From NCBI GenBank assembly GCA_963705105.1, contig CAVPIW010000006.1, positions 896,001 through 960,000 on the forward strand: 64,000 nt of DNA. The letters are read 5' to 3'. Positions within the stretch are counted from its first letter, which is position 1, and each line of letters begins with the position of its first letter. The position numbers were made by a program, and so were the translations under genes. Positions 50,539 to 59,924 of the stretch are shown here, piece by piece. Below the pieces are notes generated by a model that ran no database searches, was not told the origin of the DNA, and worked only from the letters and a program-made list of their open reading frames with translations. Source of the DNA: an uncultured Nitrospiraceae bacterium. Lineage in GTDB: Bacteria; Nitrospirota; Thermodesulfovibrionia; Thermodesulfovibrionales; Dissulfurispiraceae.

Positions 50539-50593
50539 GTTGACTCTTCACCTCCCCTTCAAAGGGAATACGAAGGCTTCATGCCCCGCTGAC

Positions 50594-50602
50594 ATTATAC
50601 CA
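50594..50602 (-). promoter_or_regulatory. Extended -10 promoter element for the peptide gene
   Basis: Minus strand TGGTATAAT. Confidence 0.6.
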
Positions 50603-50621
50603 TAAATCAGGTTCTTCTTTA

Positions 50622-50849
50622 CCTTATCGCTGCAATACATTCCCGGGAAAGGCGGAGCGAAGATGCCACCGCAAGAGTCATTAAGTCATTGAGTCATTAA
50701 AGTCATTGTCGGCAGTCGACAGTCGGAACAAGGTCACGAATACCAGGACGGCAGCGTCGATATAAAAACGATTCCTTTCACTGACACTGACACTCACACT
50801 GACACTGTTTTCAGAGTGCTTCGCCCCGCCTTTTCATGCAACGCCCCGG
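50622..50849 (+). mobile_element. MITE-like element (LX-RX)
   Basis: Near-identical to the 41343 and 52164 copies; TSD not conserved. Confidence 0.82.
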
Positions 50850-50850
50850 A

Positions 50851-52026
50851 TCATGCCGGAAAATCCTTGAGCCCGTAAGCGGAGCATTTGTAAGGATCGC
50901 GTCTCCCCTGCCCCAAAGATGTCTCCGCCCTGAAACGGCAGCCCCCACGGCATACATCGATGTGGCCGCAGGAGATGCGCGCACATTCCAGCTCATCGAG
51001 ACGGACGGGACTGACCCGGCCCCACGCTGCGCGGAGCCCCCCGCTTACCTTCCCTGCCGGTTTGTCCCCGTAGAAGGCGCATTTGGCGACCGTTCCGTCC
51101 GCCAGGACCGAGGCGAGATGGAGACCGCAGCCGTAACCTTTACCGCCGCCATGGAGCCCTCCCCCGAATCCATAGGAAAAATAAGGGCCGGCGATCTCGG
51201 GAGGGACCTGGAAGAGCGCGTTTTCAGCGAAGCTTCCCGAGACGCAGGGGACATCGACGGTCCAGTCCCTGATGCCCATGCCCCTGAAAAGGAGATCCAT
51301 TCCGTCGAATTCCTCCAGGTTTTCCCGGTGCACCATCGTGGCGACCGAGACGGACATCCCTTCAGAAAGGGCGTCACCGATCCTGTCCATCACCTTACCG
51401 TATGTCCCCTTCCCCCTCAGGGCCTCGTGGCCGTGCTCCATGCCGTCGACACTGAACTGGATCTCGTCGACGTTGAGCCCCCTGATGAGGTCCTTCCGGA
51501 GCAGGAGACCGTTTGTAAAGAGGACCTTCCTGAAGGCGTAAAACGGCAGATCGTTGTTGAACTCCTGAAAGCTGCTGTGCAGGAGGGGCTCACCGCCGCT
51601 GATGAGGAGCCGCAGCCCCTGCATCTCCTCGAATTCGCGGAGCACGCGACGCAATGAGTCGATGGGGAGTTCTCTGTCCGAAGGCTTTCCGATGTAACAA
51701 TGCCTGCACCGGAGGTTGCACTTCGTCGTGATCTGGAGCTCGAGGTACCGCAGGGACGGGACGGGGGATTTCAGCAGAGGCGGTCTCCTGACGGCAACAC
51801 GCCTCTCCGTCAGCAGGCCCTCGGAAAGACAGTCGTCGATAAAAGACCGGTCGGCCTGCGAGCCGTCGCACCCTTCGTCGGAGGCGCATCCCTGCAGGAA
51901 GGAGAAGGCACTGTCGTCGACCTCATAGAGTTCGTCATTCTCAATATCATAGACAGAGGGTTCTTCAAGCCGTTTAAGGGCACATCTGTCTGAAAGATAG
52001 TATCGCACCATGTATTCTACCATCAT
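50851..52026 (-). CDS. Radical SAM/SPASM enzyme with putative N-terminal RRE (PqqD-like) domain
   Basis: CNLRCRHC, SGGEPLL, FTNG and FSVDG; Cys-rich C-terminus GCG...KC...EC..SC..VCRGGC...DPYKC; about 80-aa N-terminal extension. Confidence 0.9.
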   Translation of the reverse strand: MMVEYMVRYYLSDRCALKRLEEPSVYDIENDELYEVDDSAFSFLQGCASDEGCDGSQADRSFIDDCLSEGLLTERRVAVRRPPLLKSPVPSLRYLELQITTKCNLRCRHCYIGKPSDRELPIDSLRRVLREFEEMQGLRLLISGGEPLLHSSFQEFNNDLPFYAFRKVLFTNGLLLRKDLIRGLNVDEIQFSVDGMEHGHEALRGKGTYGKVMDRIGDALSEGMSVSVATMVHRENLEEFDGMDLLFRGMGIRDWTVDVPCVSGSFAENALFQVPPEIAGPYFSYGFGGGLHGGGKGYGCGLHLASVLADGTVAKCAFYGDKPAGKVSGGLRAAWGRVSPVRLDELECARISCGHIDVCRGGCRFRAETSLGQGRRDPYKCSAYGLKDFPA

Positions 52027-52163
52027 CCCTCAGCATCGGGGATCATGGTACAGCGATGCGAAATGCTTGCCCCTTCCGACACCAGGACCATGAGGGGGAT
52101 CGCTTCAGCACTCAAGAAGAGACGGATCGGCGGCCTCATAGTCCACCGGGGCAGCGAGATAAA

Positions 52164-52386
52164 CCTTATCGTTGCAATACACTCCCGGGAAAGGCGGAGC
52201 GAAGATGCCACCGCAAGAGTCATTAAGTCATTGAGTCATTAAAGTCATTGTCGGCAGTCGACAGTCGGAACAAGGTCACGAATACCAGGACGGCCGCGTC
52301 GATATAAAAACGATTCCTTTCACTGACACTCACACTGTCACTGTTTTTCAGAGCGCTTTGTCCCGCCTTTGCATGCAACAGAAAGG
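52164..52386 (+). mobile_element. MITE-like element (LX-RX)
   Basis: TAAA|CCTT ... AAGG|TTAA (imperfect TSD). Confidence 0.85.
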
Positions 52387-52524
52387 TTAAGAAAGAAACT
52401 GTCGGAACCCGGGTATGGGCCGTCCCGTCAAGGCGGCTGTTCATCGCCTGTTCGAGACAGAAACATTTTCCCGTGAGCCCGCCGCCGGGTCACTGGCAGA
52501 GCCGACGGTCGAGACCCCTGCACG

Positions 52525-52974
52525 TCACGTTCCGCGCCGCCCCACGGCGTCGCGCAACGTGGTGATCATGTGCTGCAAGATCGCCATCAACGCCGCGGCG
52601 GTCATACCGAGCATCAGCACGCCGTTCACAGCCTCGAGCGGGCCGAGCAGCCTGCGCTCGCGGCTCATCACGATGTCACCGTAACCGAGCGACGTGAAAT
52701 TCACGGCCGAGTGGTAAATCGCGTCGTACGGCTGCTCGAACTCGCCGAGTCCAAGGAAGAGCCCGCCCCACAGAGCGATTTGCACAAAGTTGCCGACCAT
52801 CATCACCACCGTCACGACGATCAACGGGGCAATGCCCACCAGGAAGCCGCGGCCACTGCCGATCACCGACGATCGCCCCACGTAGTAGCGCACGCACCAG
52901 AAGGCCACGGCCACCTGCACGATCAGGCACAGCAACGTCACCGGAAGGCCGATCAGAAAATTGACCAGTGTCAT
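52525..52974 (-). CDS. Two-TM potassium channel family protein
   Basis: YHSAVNFTSLGYGD pore motif. Confidence 0.88.
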   Translation of the reverse strand: MTLVNFLIGLPVTLLCLIVQVAVAFWCVRYYVGRSSVIGSGRGFLVGIAPLIVVTVVMMVGNFVQIALWGGLFLGLGEFEQPYDAIYHSAVNFTSLGYGDIVMSRERRLLGPLEAVNGVLMLGMTAAALMAILQHMITTLRDAVGRRGT

Positions 52975-54017
52975 GGTGTCTCCTTCGATAGGATCATAGA
53001 GGTCGCTGCCGGAGGCGATCTCCGGTCGCGCCAGCGCTCGAGCGCCCACACGGTCGCCCATGCGTAGAACGCGACACCGACGAAGAGGCTCACGCGCATC
53101 GCGGCGCCTTCAAGCACGCTCTTGCCGCTTGCGCTGTCCTCGATCGCCGGACCGAGCAGGATCAGCGCGGTGATCAGGGCGTTGCTCCAATAGGACGGCG
53201 GGTACCGGGTGCGCCGCATGCGGTAGAGCGCCGAGCCCGCCCAGAGCGACGCGGCCATCAACCACAGCACGAGCATCCACAAGCTCGGCCAAAGCGACAG
53301 GCCAAGCCAGACCGCGAGCGCGATCAGCGCTCCCATCAGCGTCGAACCGACCAGCTCACGTCCGGCGGTTCGCGCATCGGTCTCGCCGGCCTGCTGGCCG
53401 AGCGCCACCGTCTTCATGATCGCCGCCAGGTAGAATGACGGGTCCGTCAGCGCGAGCACGAACACCGGCATCACGATCAGCGTGCCGCGCAGCGCGATCC
53501 AGCGCGCCATCGCGGGATCCGGCCGGATCCCTTGCCGTGTGGCCCCCGGCGTCGGCGGGTCAGGAAAGACGGCTGCCGACACTGCGCCGACGAGCGTGCC
53601 GACAAGCACGCCGACCGCGAAGGTCTTGCTGAGTACGCCGACCAGAGCCTGCTCGGATACGCCGGCCACCGGAACCAGCGTGAAAGCCAGAACCAGGACC
53701 GTGGTCAGCGGGTTGCGCCTCAACCGCCCGACGAAGAACAGCGCGAACAGCAGCGCCGCGGTCACGAGCAGGCCGGCGAACGCGAAGTGCTGGAGCAGGG
53801 GGACCATCGTTACGCCGGCAGCGACCATCAGCGACAGCGCGCACGCGACGACCACCGCCTTCAGCAGCGGCAGCGGCGGTCCCGGCTTGGATAGTACGAG
53901 CACCGCGAGGATGCAGACGAGGTACGGAGCCTGCAGCGCCATTCCGTAAGCGACAAACGCCGCCAGGCCTGTGCCGACCGTCAGCCGCAGCGCCGCCTTG
54001 TCGCCCCGGGACATCAT
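52971..54017 (-). CDS. DUF2955/FUSC-like inner membrane protein
   Basis: Multiple TM segments; position after HlyD. Confidence 0.75.
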   Translation of the reverse strand: MMSRGDKAALRLTVGTGLAAFVAYGMALQAPYLVCILAVLVLSKPGPPLPLLKAVVVACALSLMVAAGVTMVPLLQHFAFAGLLVTAALLFALFFVGRLRRNPLTTVLVLAFTLVPVAGVSEQALVGVLSKTFAVGVLVGTLVGAVSAAVFPDPPTPGATRQGIRPDPAMARWIALRGTLIVMPVFVLALTDPSFYLAAIMKTVALGQQAGETDARTAGRELVGSTLMGALIALAVWLGLSLWPSLWMLVLWLMAASLWAGSALYRMRRTRYPPSYWSNALITALILLGPAIEDSASGKSVLEGAAMRVSLFVGVAFYAWATVWALERWRDRRSPPAATSMILSKETP

Positions 54018-55183
54018 CAGTACAGGTAGGTGACCCAGCTGACGAACCGCATGTAGAACGCGGCGAGCGCATTCATCAGCGGATGGTCGCCGGTGTAGAC
54101 CAGCACGTCGGCCTGGCCTCCGACACGCGCCATCTTCAGCCGCGGGAGTTCGGCGGGGTCGAATTCGACGGCGACCGGGATGCGCTGCGCCTGGCGCAGC
54201 CAGTCGCGGCTGTTCTTCACGACCGGCAGCGTTCCGGGCGGCGAAGTCTGCTCGCCGCCGACGCCGATGCCGATGCTGCGTACGCGACCCTTCAGCACTT
54301 CGCCCGGCAACACGTCGAGCACGATCGCGACCTCGTCGCCGGGACGGACATTGCCGATGTTGTTCTCGGTCAGGTCGGCGCTGATCCAGAGGTCCTGCAT
54401 CGCAACTAGCGTCATGACCGGCGCACCGGGCTGCGCGAACTGCCCCACTTCGGTGCGCAAGTCGGTGACGACGCCGCGCACCGGCGCCAGCACGCGGGTG
54501 TGGCGCAGGTCCAGTTCCGCCTTCTCGACAGCCGTCACCGCGCCGCGCAGCTGCGAGTTCTCGCCGCCGCTGCTCCCGGCCGCCTCCTGGGCTTGCCGCA
54601 GGTCGGCTTGCGCACGGTGCACCTTGCTGCGCGCTTCTTCCCGAGAGGCCTGCGCCATTTCCAGCCGGCGCACCGAGATCGTGCCCGGATCTTCCCGGTA
54701 GAGACCTTCCAGGCGACCCGCATCGCGCTCGGCGAGGTCGAGGCCGGATTCGGCCACCGCAAGCGAGGCCCGCGCCGCGTCGACGGCCGCCGCCGACGCT
54801 TGGACCGAACTGCGGACCGATTCGAGGTCGGTGCGCGCCCGCTCCAACGCGATGCGATAGGGCTGCGTGTCGATGTCGAACAACCGCTGGCCGGGCTGCA
54901 CCTCGTCGTTGTTGCGGATGTGCACCGCCGTGACCTTGCCCGCAACCTCGGCCGCCACGGGCACGACAAAGGCCTGCAGGCGCGCCTGCGACGTGCTTGG
55001 CGTCAGGCGGTCGCCGACGAAATAGAACGTGAGGCTCCCCACGATGAGCGCCGCGATTACGACTGCACCCACACGGGTCCCGCGTCCCGTCGGCGAACTC
55101 TTCGCCGGCTCCGCCGCTGTGGTTGCATCCCCAGCCTGGCCGGCGGCCGGCGGAGCGGACGTTGACGCTGGATCCTGGTTCAT
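54017..55183 (-). CDS. HlyD family membrane fusion protein
   Basis: VAAEVAGKVTAVHIRNND.V..GQ.LF.ID, APVRGVV and WLRQAQRIPV; start MNQD behind GGAGGAG. Confidence 0.9.
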   Translation of the reverse strand: MNQDPASTSAPPAAGQAGDATTAAEPAKSSPTGRGTRVGAVVIAALIVGSLTFYFVGDRLTPSTSQARLQAFVVPVAAEVAGKVTAVHIRNNDEVQPGQRLFDIDTQPYRIALERARTDLESVRSSVQASAAAVDAARASLAVAESGLDLAERDAGRLEGLYREDPGTISVRRLEMAQASREEARSKVHRAQADLRQAQEAAGSSGGENSQLRGAVTAVEKAELDLRHTRVLAPVRGVVTDLRTEVGQFAQPGAPVMTLVAMQDLWISADLTENNIGNVRPGDEVAIVLDVLPGEVLKGRVRSIGIGVGGEQTSPPGTLPVVKNSRDWLRQAQRIPVAVEFDPAELPRLKMARVGGQADVLVYTGDHPLMNALAAFYMRFVSWVTYLY

Positions 55184-56784
55184 CTTGTCTCCTCCGGCAG
55201 CGGTGGAAGGAATTCGGTCGCCGGTGACGGAAGGGGCGCCGTCAGCAGATTTCGCCAGTCGCTGCGCTCGGACATCGCTGCCTGCGTGGCATCGTCGAGC
55301 ACGGGCCGCAGCCGGCCAGCCTCCCAGCCGCCCCCCAATGCCTTGTACACGGCGATCAGGTTCTTCGCGACGTTGCCCTCGCTTGTCACCAGGCGCTCTT
55401 GCTGGTTGAACAGCGCGCGTTGCGAATCGAGCACACGCTGAAAGTCGACCAGCCCCTCGCGATACTGAAGGGTGGCGATGTCCAGCGAGCGGCGCGCCGC
55501 CTTTACCGCCTCGCGCAGGATGTCGACCTGCGCGCGACTGCGTGCGAAGCCCGTGGCGACGTCGTCCAGTTCGCGAGCGGCCCGCAGCACCACGTCCTGA
55601 TACTGCTCGTACAGTTGCTGGAAGCCGGCATCCTGTACAAGCACCTGGTTCGTTAGGCGGCCGTAGTCGAACACGTTCCACACCAGCGCCGGCCCGAGCA
55701 CCCAGCCGAGCGTGCTGCCCGTCGAACCGACCGAGGCGGCCGACAGCGCTAACGATCCGGCGAGGGCGATCGAAGGATAGAGCGCCGCCTCGCTGACGCC
55801 GATCTGCGCCGACTGCGCGGCCAGCTGCAATTCGGCCGCGCGCACGTCGGGACGCCGGCGCAGCAGCGCAGCGGGCAGCCCGTCGATCACGCTTAGCGGC
55901 GCATCGGGAATCTTCGCACGCCCACTGCTCATCTCTGTCAGCGGTCCTGGCGGGCGCGCGAGCAGCACGCACAACGCGTTCTGCGCCTGGCGCAGGCTGC
56001 TTTCCAGCTCCGGAATCGTGGCCAGCGTGCTCAGGTACTGCGACCGCGCCTGCTGCACATCGAGTTCCGAGTCGTTGCCGCTGCGGAACAGCCGTTCGGT
56101 GATCTCCAGACTCCGTTGCTGGAGGGCGGCGTTATCGTGCGCAAAGTCAAGGTGGCGCTCGATTGTGCGGATTGCCGCGTAGAGACTCGCCGTCTGCGCT
56201 GCCACCAGCACCTGGACGTCATCGTACTGCGCGATGCTGACGAAGTACGCGGCGTCGGCGGATTCGATGCCACGCCTGAACTTTCCCCAGAAGTCGATCT
56301 CCCAGGCGATGTCGAAGGCCACTCCCGCAGACCAGTAAGATTGGCCGCGGTCGTCTTCCGCGCGCCTGAAAACCGCTTCGCGGCTGCTGCTGCCCTCGCT
56401 GCCCACGCGCAGCACCTCGCCCGTCACCTGTTGCAGCTGCGGATACAGTGCACTGCCGGCGATGCCGAGCCTGGCGCGCGCCTCCATGATGCGCATGCCG
56501 GCGATCAGCACGCCGGGATTCACGCGCTGCGCCTCGCCGACCAGGCGGTCGAGCGCAGGGTCGCCGAACGTGCGCCACCACTCGTCGTGCGGCACCGGGG
56601 CGCGAGGCGGCGCGGCGTCGACGAGCGCACGCCACTCCCCGCCCGGCCAGTCCCGCAACCACGGCACCTGCGGGCGCGCGAAATCAGGTCCGACCGTTGT
56701 GCACGCGCCGAGCGCGAGCGCGGCAGCCAGTGCCATCAGTGACAACAGAGGGCCGCGCATCGCGGCCGTCGCCGAGCGTATCAC
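55180..56784 (-). CDS. Outer membrane efflux lipoprotein (NodT/TolC family)
   Basis: Lipobox LGAC, WW..FGDP.L, WEIDFWG, RRPDVRAAE and YKALGGGW motifs. Confidence 0.92.
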   Translation of the reverse strand: MIRSATAAMRGPLLSLMALAAALALGACTTVGPDFARPQVPWLRDWPGGEWRALVDAAPPRAPVPHDEWWRTFGDPALDRLVGEAQRVNPGVLIAGMRIMEARARLGIAGSALYPQLQQVTGEVLRVGSEGSSSREAVFRRAEDDRGQSYWSAGVAFDIAWEIDFWGKFRRGIESADAAYFVSIAQYDDVQVLVAAQTASLYAAIRTIERHLDFAHDNAALQQRSLEITERLFRSGNDSELDVQQARSQYLSTLATIPELESSLRQAQNALCVLLARPPGPLTEMSSGRAKIPDAPLSVIDGLPAALLRRRPDVRAAELQLAAQSAQIGVSEAALYPSIALAGSLALSAASVGSTGSTLGWVLGPALVWNVFDYGRLTNQVLVQDAGFQQLYEQYQDVVLRAARELDDVATGFARSRAQVDILREAVKAARRSLDIATLQYREGLVDFQRVLDSQRALFNQQERLVTSEGNVAKNLIAVYKALGGGWEAGRLRPVLDDATQAAMSERSDWRNLLTAPLPSPATEFLPPLPEETR

Positions 56785-57913
56785 TCGAGGTGCCCGGCGT
56801 CCGCGTTGGCCGGCGGGAGCTTCGCCTCCGATTTTTCTCCGCGACCCAGCTCATGAAGAGCTGGTAGCCCAGCGCCAGCAGCGTCGCGCCGACGAACATC
56901 CCGAGAATGCCCGCAGCCGCCATCCCGCCGAGAGCGCCGAGCAGAATGACCGGCATCGGCGCCTCGACCCCGCGGCCCAGCATCAACGGCTTGAGGACGT
57001 TGTCGGCCATGCCCGAGACGATCAACAGCACAGTGTAAGCGATCGCCTCGAACGTCCCGTAGGTGCCGGTCCACCAGATATAGCCGATCGCCGGCAGAGT
57101 GACGATGAGCGCCGGCACTTGGGCGATGCCGAGCACCAGGACGATGGCCGCCAGCGCGCCCACCCAAGGCACGCCGGCGATCAGCAGGCAGACGCCGACG
57201 ATGATGGCCTGAATGAACGCGACACCGATGACGCCTTGAGCGACCGCGCGGATCGTCGCGGTGACAAGCACGGTATACTCGGCGCCGCGCTCATCGCCCG
57301 CGAAGCGCCTGAAGATCGACTCGCAGCTCCGCGCGCCTGCCTCCCCGAAGGCCATGACGATCCCGGCGATGATCAGCGCGGCGACGAACAACAGGAGCCC
57401 GGTGCCGATGCTGGCGACAAAGCCGAGCGCAGCCTTGGCGATTTCGCCGAGCTTCGGCTGCATGCTCTGCACCAATCCCGGCAGATCCGCGTAAGCCTGC
57501 GACCAGACGGCGTACACCTTACCGCCGACCACCGGCCATTGAGCCACCGATTCGCGCGGTGCCGGAATCTTGAGCGTGTTGTTCTGCACGTCGATGATTA
57601 ACTGTTGCAAGGAGTCGCCCAGCGAACTCATCAGCAGGGCGGTCGGCACGACGATCACCATGAAGCCGAGGAGCACCAGCAGCGTAGCCGCCAGCCCCTG
57701 CTTGCCGCCGATCTTGCGAGCCAACGCCTGATGCAGCGGATACAACGAAACGGCCAGGATCACCGCCCAGATCATCAGCGTCAGGAACGGCGAAAAGACC
57801 TTAAAGCACAGGAGGGCCAGGGCGAGGATCAGGCCGGCACGAATCAGGACATCCAGCAAAAGGGATGCTAACCGGTGTTCGAGTTCTTGATCAAGCTGGG
57901 GGGGGGTGTTCAT
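56684..57913 (-). CDS. AI-2E family transporter
   Basis: PFL...WAVILAV..YP and DNVLKP.MLGRG...GG...GILGMFVG motifs; the C-terminus may be frameshifted. Confidence 0.88.
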   Translation of the reverse strand: MNTPPQLDQELEHRLASLLLDVLIRAGLILALALLCFKVFSPFLTLMIWAVILAVSLYPLHQALARKIGGKQGLAATLLVLLGFMVIVVPTALLMSSLGDSLQQLIIDVQNNTLKIPAPRESVAQWPVVGGKVYAVWSQAYADLPGLVQSMQPKLGEIAKAALGFVASIGTGLLLFVAALIIAGIVMAFGEAGARSCESIFRRFAGDERGAEYTVLVTATIRAVAQGVIGVAFIQAIIVGVCLLIAGVPWVGALAAIVLVLGIAQVPALIVTLPAIGYIWWTGTYGTFEAIAYTVLLIVSGMADNVLKPLMLGRGVEAPMPVILLGALGGMAAAGILGMFVGATLLALGYQLFMSWVAEKNRRRSSRRPTRTPGTSSDTLGDGRDARPSVVTDGTGCRARARRVHNGRT

Positions 57914-57983
57914 GGTTCATCTCCAGTAGTTTAGGAATTTCTTTCAGCATATAGTTGAAAATGTCGCAGGGTCCGTCATACGA

Positions 57984-58230
57984 TCATTCCCCCTTCGGGA
58001 GGTCGGCGTCTCTCGCGACGTATGAAAACCTGAAGAGGGGAAAAGCATGACATCGGCTGCAACCGGCGTTTGCAGGGTCTTTTTTCCGATAACTTAGATT
58101 GACTGCAGCGTGAAAAGGAATGCCCCGCCAAGTGCGGAATACCCGCTTCAAGATGTTCGGGAAGGTGCAGGTCCGCCGAAAGATCCAATAGTAACCGTGC
58201 TGCAATTCCTCCGCGGTCATTCTGTTGTGA
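57984..58230 (-). pseudogene. Possible C-terminal remnant of a B12-binding radical SAM gene
   Basis: MTAEELQHGYYWIFRR...ILKRV resembles the tail of that family; no N-terminal part is present. Confidence 0.4.
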
Positions 58231-58731
58231 TACTTTGACCGATTTTGCTCCGACACGCCTTATCCCATCTATTCGATCTTATCGGAAGAAATAGGGTAAG
58301 TCAAGGAGACAGGCAGCCTTTTGCATCGTTTGGGGGGGAAAGTAACTGTCTCATATTACCGAAACGGGATATCATGCAGCCACTGCATGAAAATCAGAAT
58401 CTGTTATTCAGAGACTACAAGAGTTCCTCTGAAGAAAGCAGCATGACCCCGAAAAAGCAGTTCCGTGAGCGCGCTGATTCCCAGTGATAGAACTAAACCG
58501 CTGCGCGGTGGTGATGAGTGGTCAGCGCAGTGAAACTGAATAGAGCTTTATTCTCTTTGTAGAGGCGTCCCGTTCGGCTCCCCTTGTTGAACAATCCCCA
58601 TCGTCTTACAATCTCCTTTTGGTGTACCTGACGGCATGAGCTGTCGGATATTGATACCAGAGGAGTATCTGCTCTTTCAATGTGCTCATGCAACTGTGCT
58701 CAGCATCGCATTCCCCCCGAGCGAAGCGAGG

Positions 58732-58797
58732 GGGGAACGCTGAAGCTCATGGGGAGGCGTGAGCATCACGCCGATCCCATGAAGCGCCACGTTATAG
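58732..58797 (-). other. attC-like integron recombination site
   Basis: Minus strand CTATAAC...GTT imperfect palindrome (gcgcttcatgggatcggcgtga/tcacgcctccccatgagcttcagc) just downstream of a lone ORF. Confidence 0.7.
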
Positions 58798-58832
58798 TTC
58801 ACCGTTTCGTTTCATATTGAATAGATACAACC

Positions 58833-59192
58833 TCACGAAAACAAGAAAGAACATACAATAAGCAATATGCCAGCTACGGATGTAAACGCGGCAAACCTAT
58901 AGCTACTGTCGAGCAAGTCCATGTTATTCCGCAGTCTTCGATATTCAGCCTCTGAATTCTCAGCGTACTTGTATTCACTATCAAAAAGCCCGCTCCTTCC
59001 TGAGCTACCGATAAAGCTTAATGTGCCCAGTGCCATCACTATTGCCCCGGTCACAAATAATGCCTTTGAAACTTCAGCCATTGACCTTATCCCTTGCCAC
59101 CAATACGCCAGCCAAACAATAACTATTATTCCTATGTCAAAGAGCATGATCCACAGGAAGAACCGTAATAATCTTGAGAGGATCACTTGCAA
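58833..59192 (-). CDS. Hypothetical membrane protein, putative gene cassette
   Basis: AT-rich 119-aa ORF with 3 TM segments, flanked by attC-like sites. Confidence 0.65.
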   Translation of the reverse strand: MQVILSRLLRFFLWIMLFDIGIIVIVWLAYWWQGIRSMAEVSKALFVTGAIVMALGTLSFIGSSGRSGLFDSEYKYAENSEAEYRRLRNNMDLLDSSYRFAAFTSVAGILLIVCSFLFS

Positions 59193-59219
59193 TCACTTTC
59201 CCGATATCGTTTTGTTTGA

Positions 59220-59268
59220 CTCAAACGTTCTGATAACCGGCGAGGAACGAGTCCGGTTGATTAGATGT
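59220..59268 (-). other. attC-like site interrupted by a group II intron
   Basis: Plus strand ctcaaacgttctgataaccggcg...gtccggttgattagatgt| (bottom-strand pattern) cut at TGT|T. Confidence 0.7.
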
Positions 59269-59663
59269 GTACGCCCGGCATGGGCGTGAGCTTATGGGGT
59301 GAAAGTCCCCTGTACGAGAACCTGAGAGTGTTCATACTAATGGATGCTATCACAAGTGCGGGCCGAAGGCAAGAGCCTGCCCCGGACCTGATCCGGGGAA
59401 CAGAAACCACATACAAGGCTCAGTCCCCGGGCGAGTTGGCACAACACAACGAAGCCCTCAGGTTCAGGGGATAGGGTAAATGCGGCGGTTGTGCATGGAC
59501 AGTTCACGCTCCCGGATCGGAGTCCGGGACAAGCCTTATCCGGGGAGATCTGCGCGTCATGCGACAGGAGGTTCATGAGCAGAATCCGGACGAGGTCTAT
59601 CCGGTTGACCAATGGCCCGGAGCATCCGGTCAGCACGCAGAAGTCAGCAGACGACATAGTGGT
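59269..59663 (+). mobile_element. Class C group II intron 5' fragment (no RT ORF)
   Basis: GTACGCCCGGCATGGGCG 5' end, GGGGTGAAAGTCCC, GGTAAATGCGGCGG and CAGAAGTCAGCAGA motifs; truncated. Confidence 0.8.
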
Positions 59664-59667
59664 CCCT

Positions 59668-59694
59668 CCGATCCCGCGCAGCGACTCGTTATGC
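59668..59694 (-). other. Half attC-like site
   Basis: Minus strand GCATAAC containing the upstream gene's stop codon; ccgatcccgcgcagcgactcgtta resembles 58771-58794. Confidence 0.55.
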
Positions 59695-59910
59695 TGCCGT
59701 TAATTCTAATTTTTCTTTAGTTTCGGAAGGCAGGCGGACGGGTGAGAAATAATCTTCTGGGTACAAATAATCTTCTCCCGATTCATCTACCACCCTTAGT
59801 TGATGATGTTGTGCTGCTATTTTGTCCGATAGTACTTCGTATATTTTTCGGACCTCAAGTGATGCCTCGTACCCCCGATTGTTAACGCAGATCATAAAGT
59901 GTCTTTTCAT
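59689..59910 (-). CDS. Small hypothetical protein, second gene of a TA-like pair
   Basis: MKRHFMICVNNRGYEASLEVRKIYEVL...RVVDESGEDYLYP. Confidence 0.75.
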   Translation of the reverse strand: MKRHFMICVNNRGYEASLEVRKIYEVLSDKIAAQHHQLRVVDESGEDYLYPEDYFSPVRLPSETKEKLELTAA

Positions 59911-59924
59911 AATCAATTGCTCCG

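Noticed and set aside
54017..55972. 651-aa HlyD ORF with long N-terminal extension (also extended starts at 503, 14540, 21156, 33026, 36996)
   Set aside because: The extensions overlap other genes or repeats; downstream starts have an RBS and match family lengths.
58245..58693. Short ORFs 58245-58487 and 58493-58693 as cassette genes
   Set aside because: No recognisable motifs or RBS, and no clear downstream attC.
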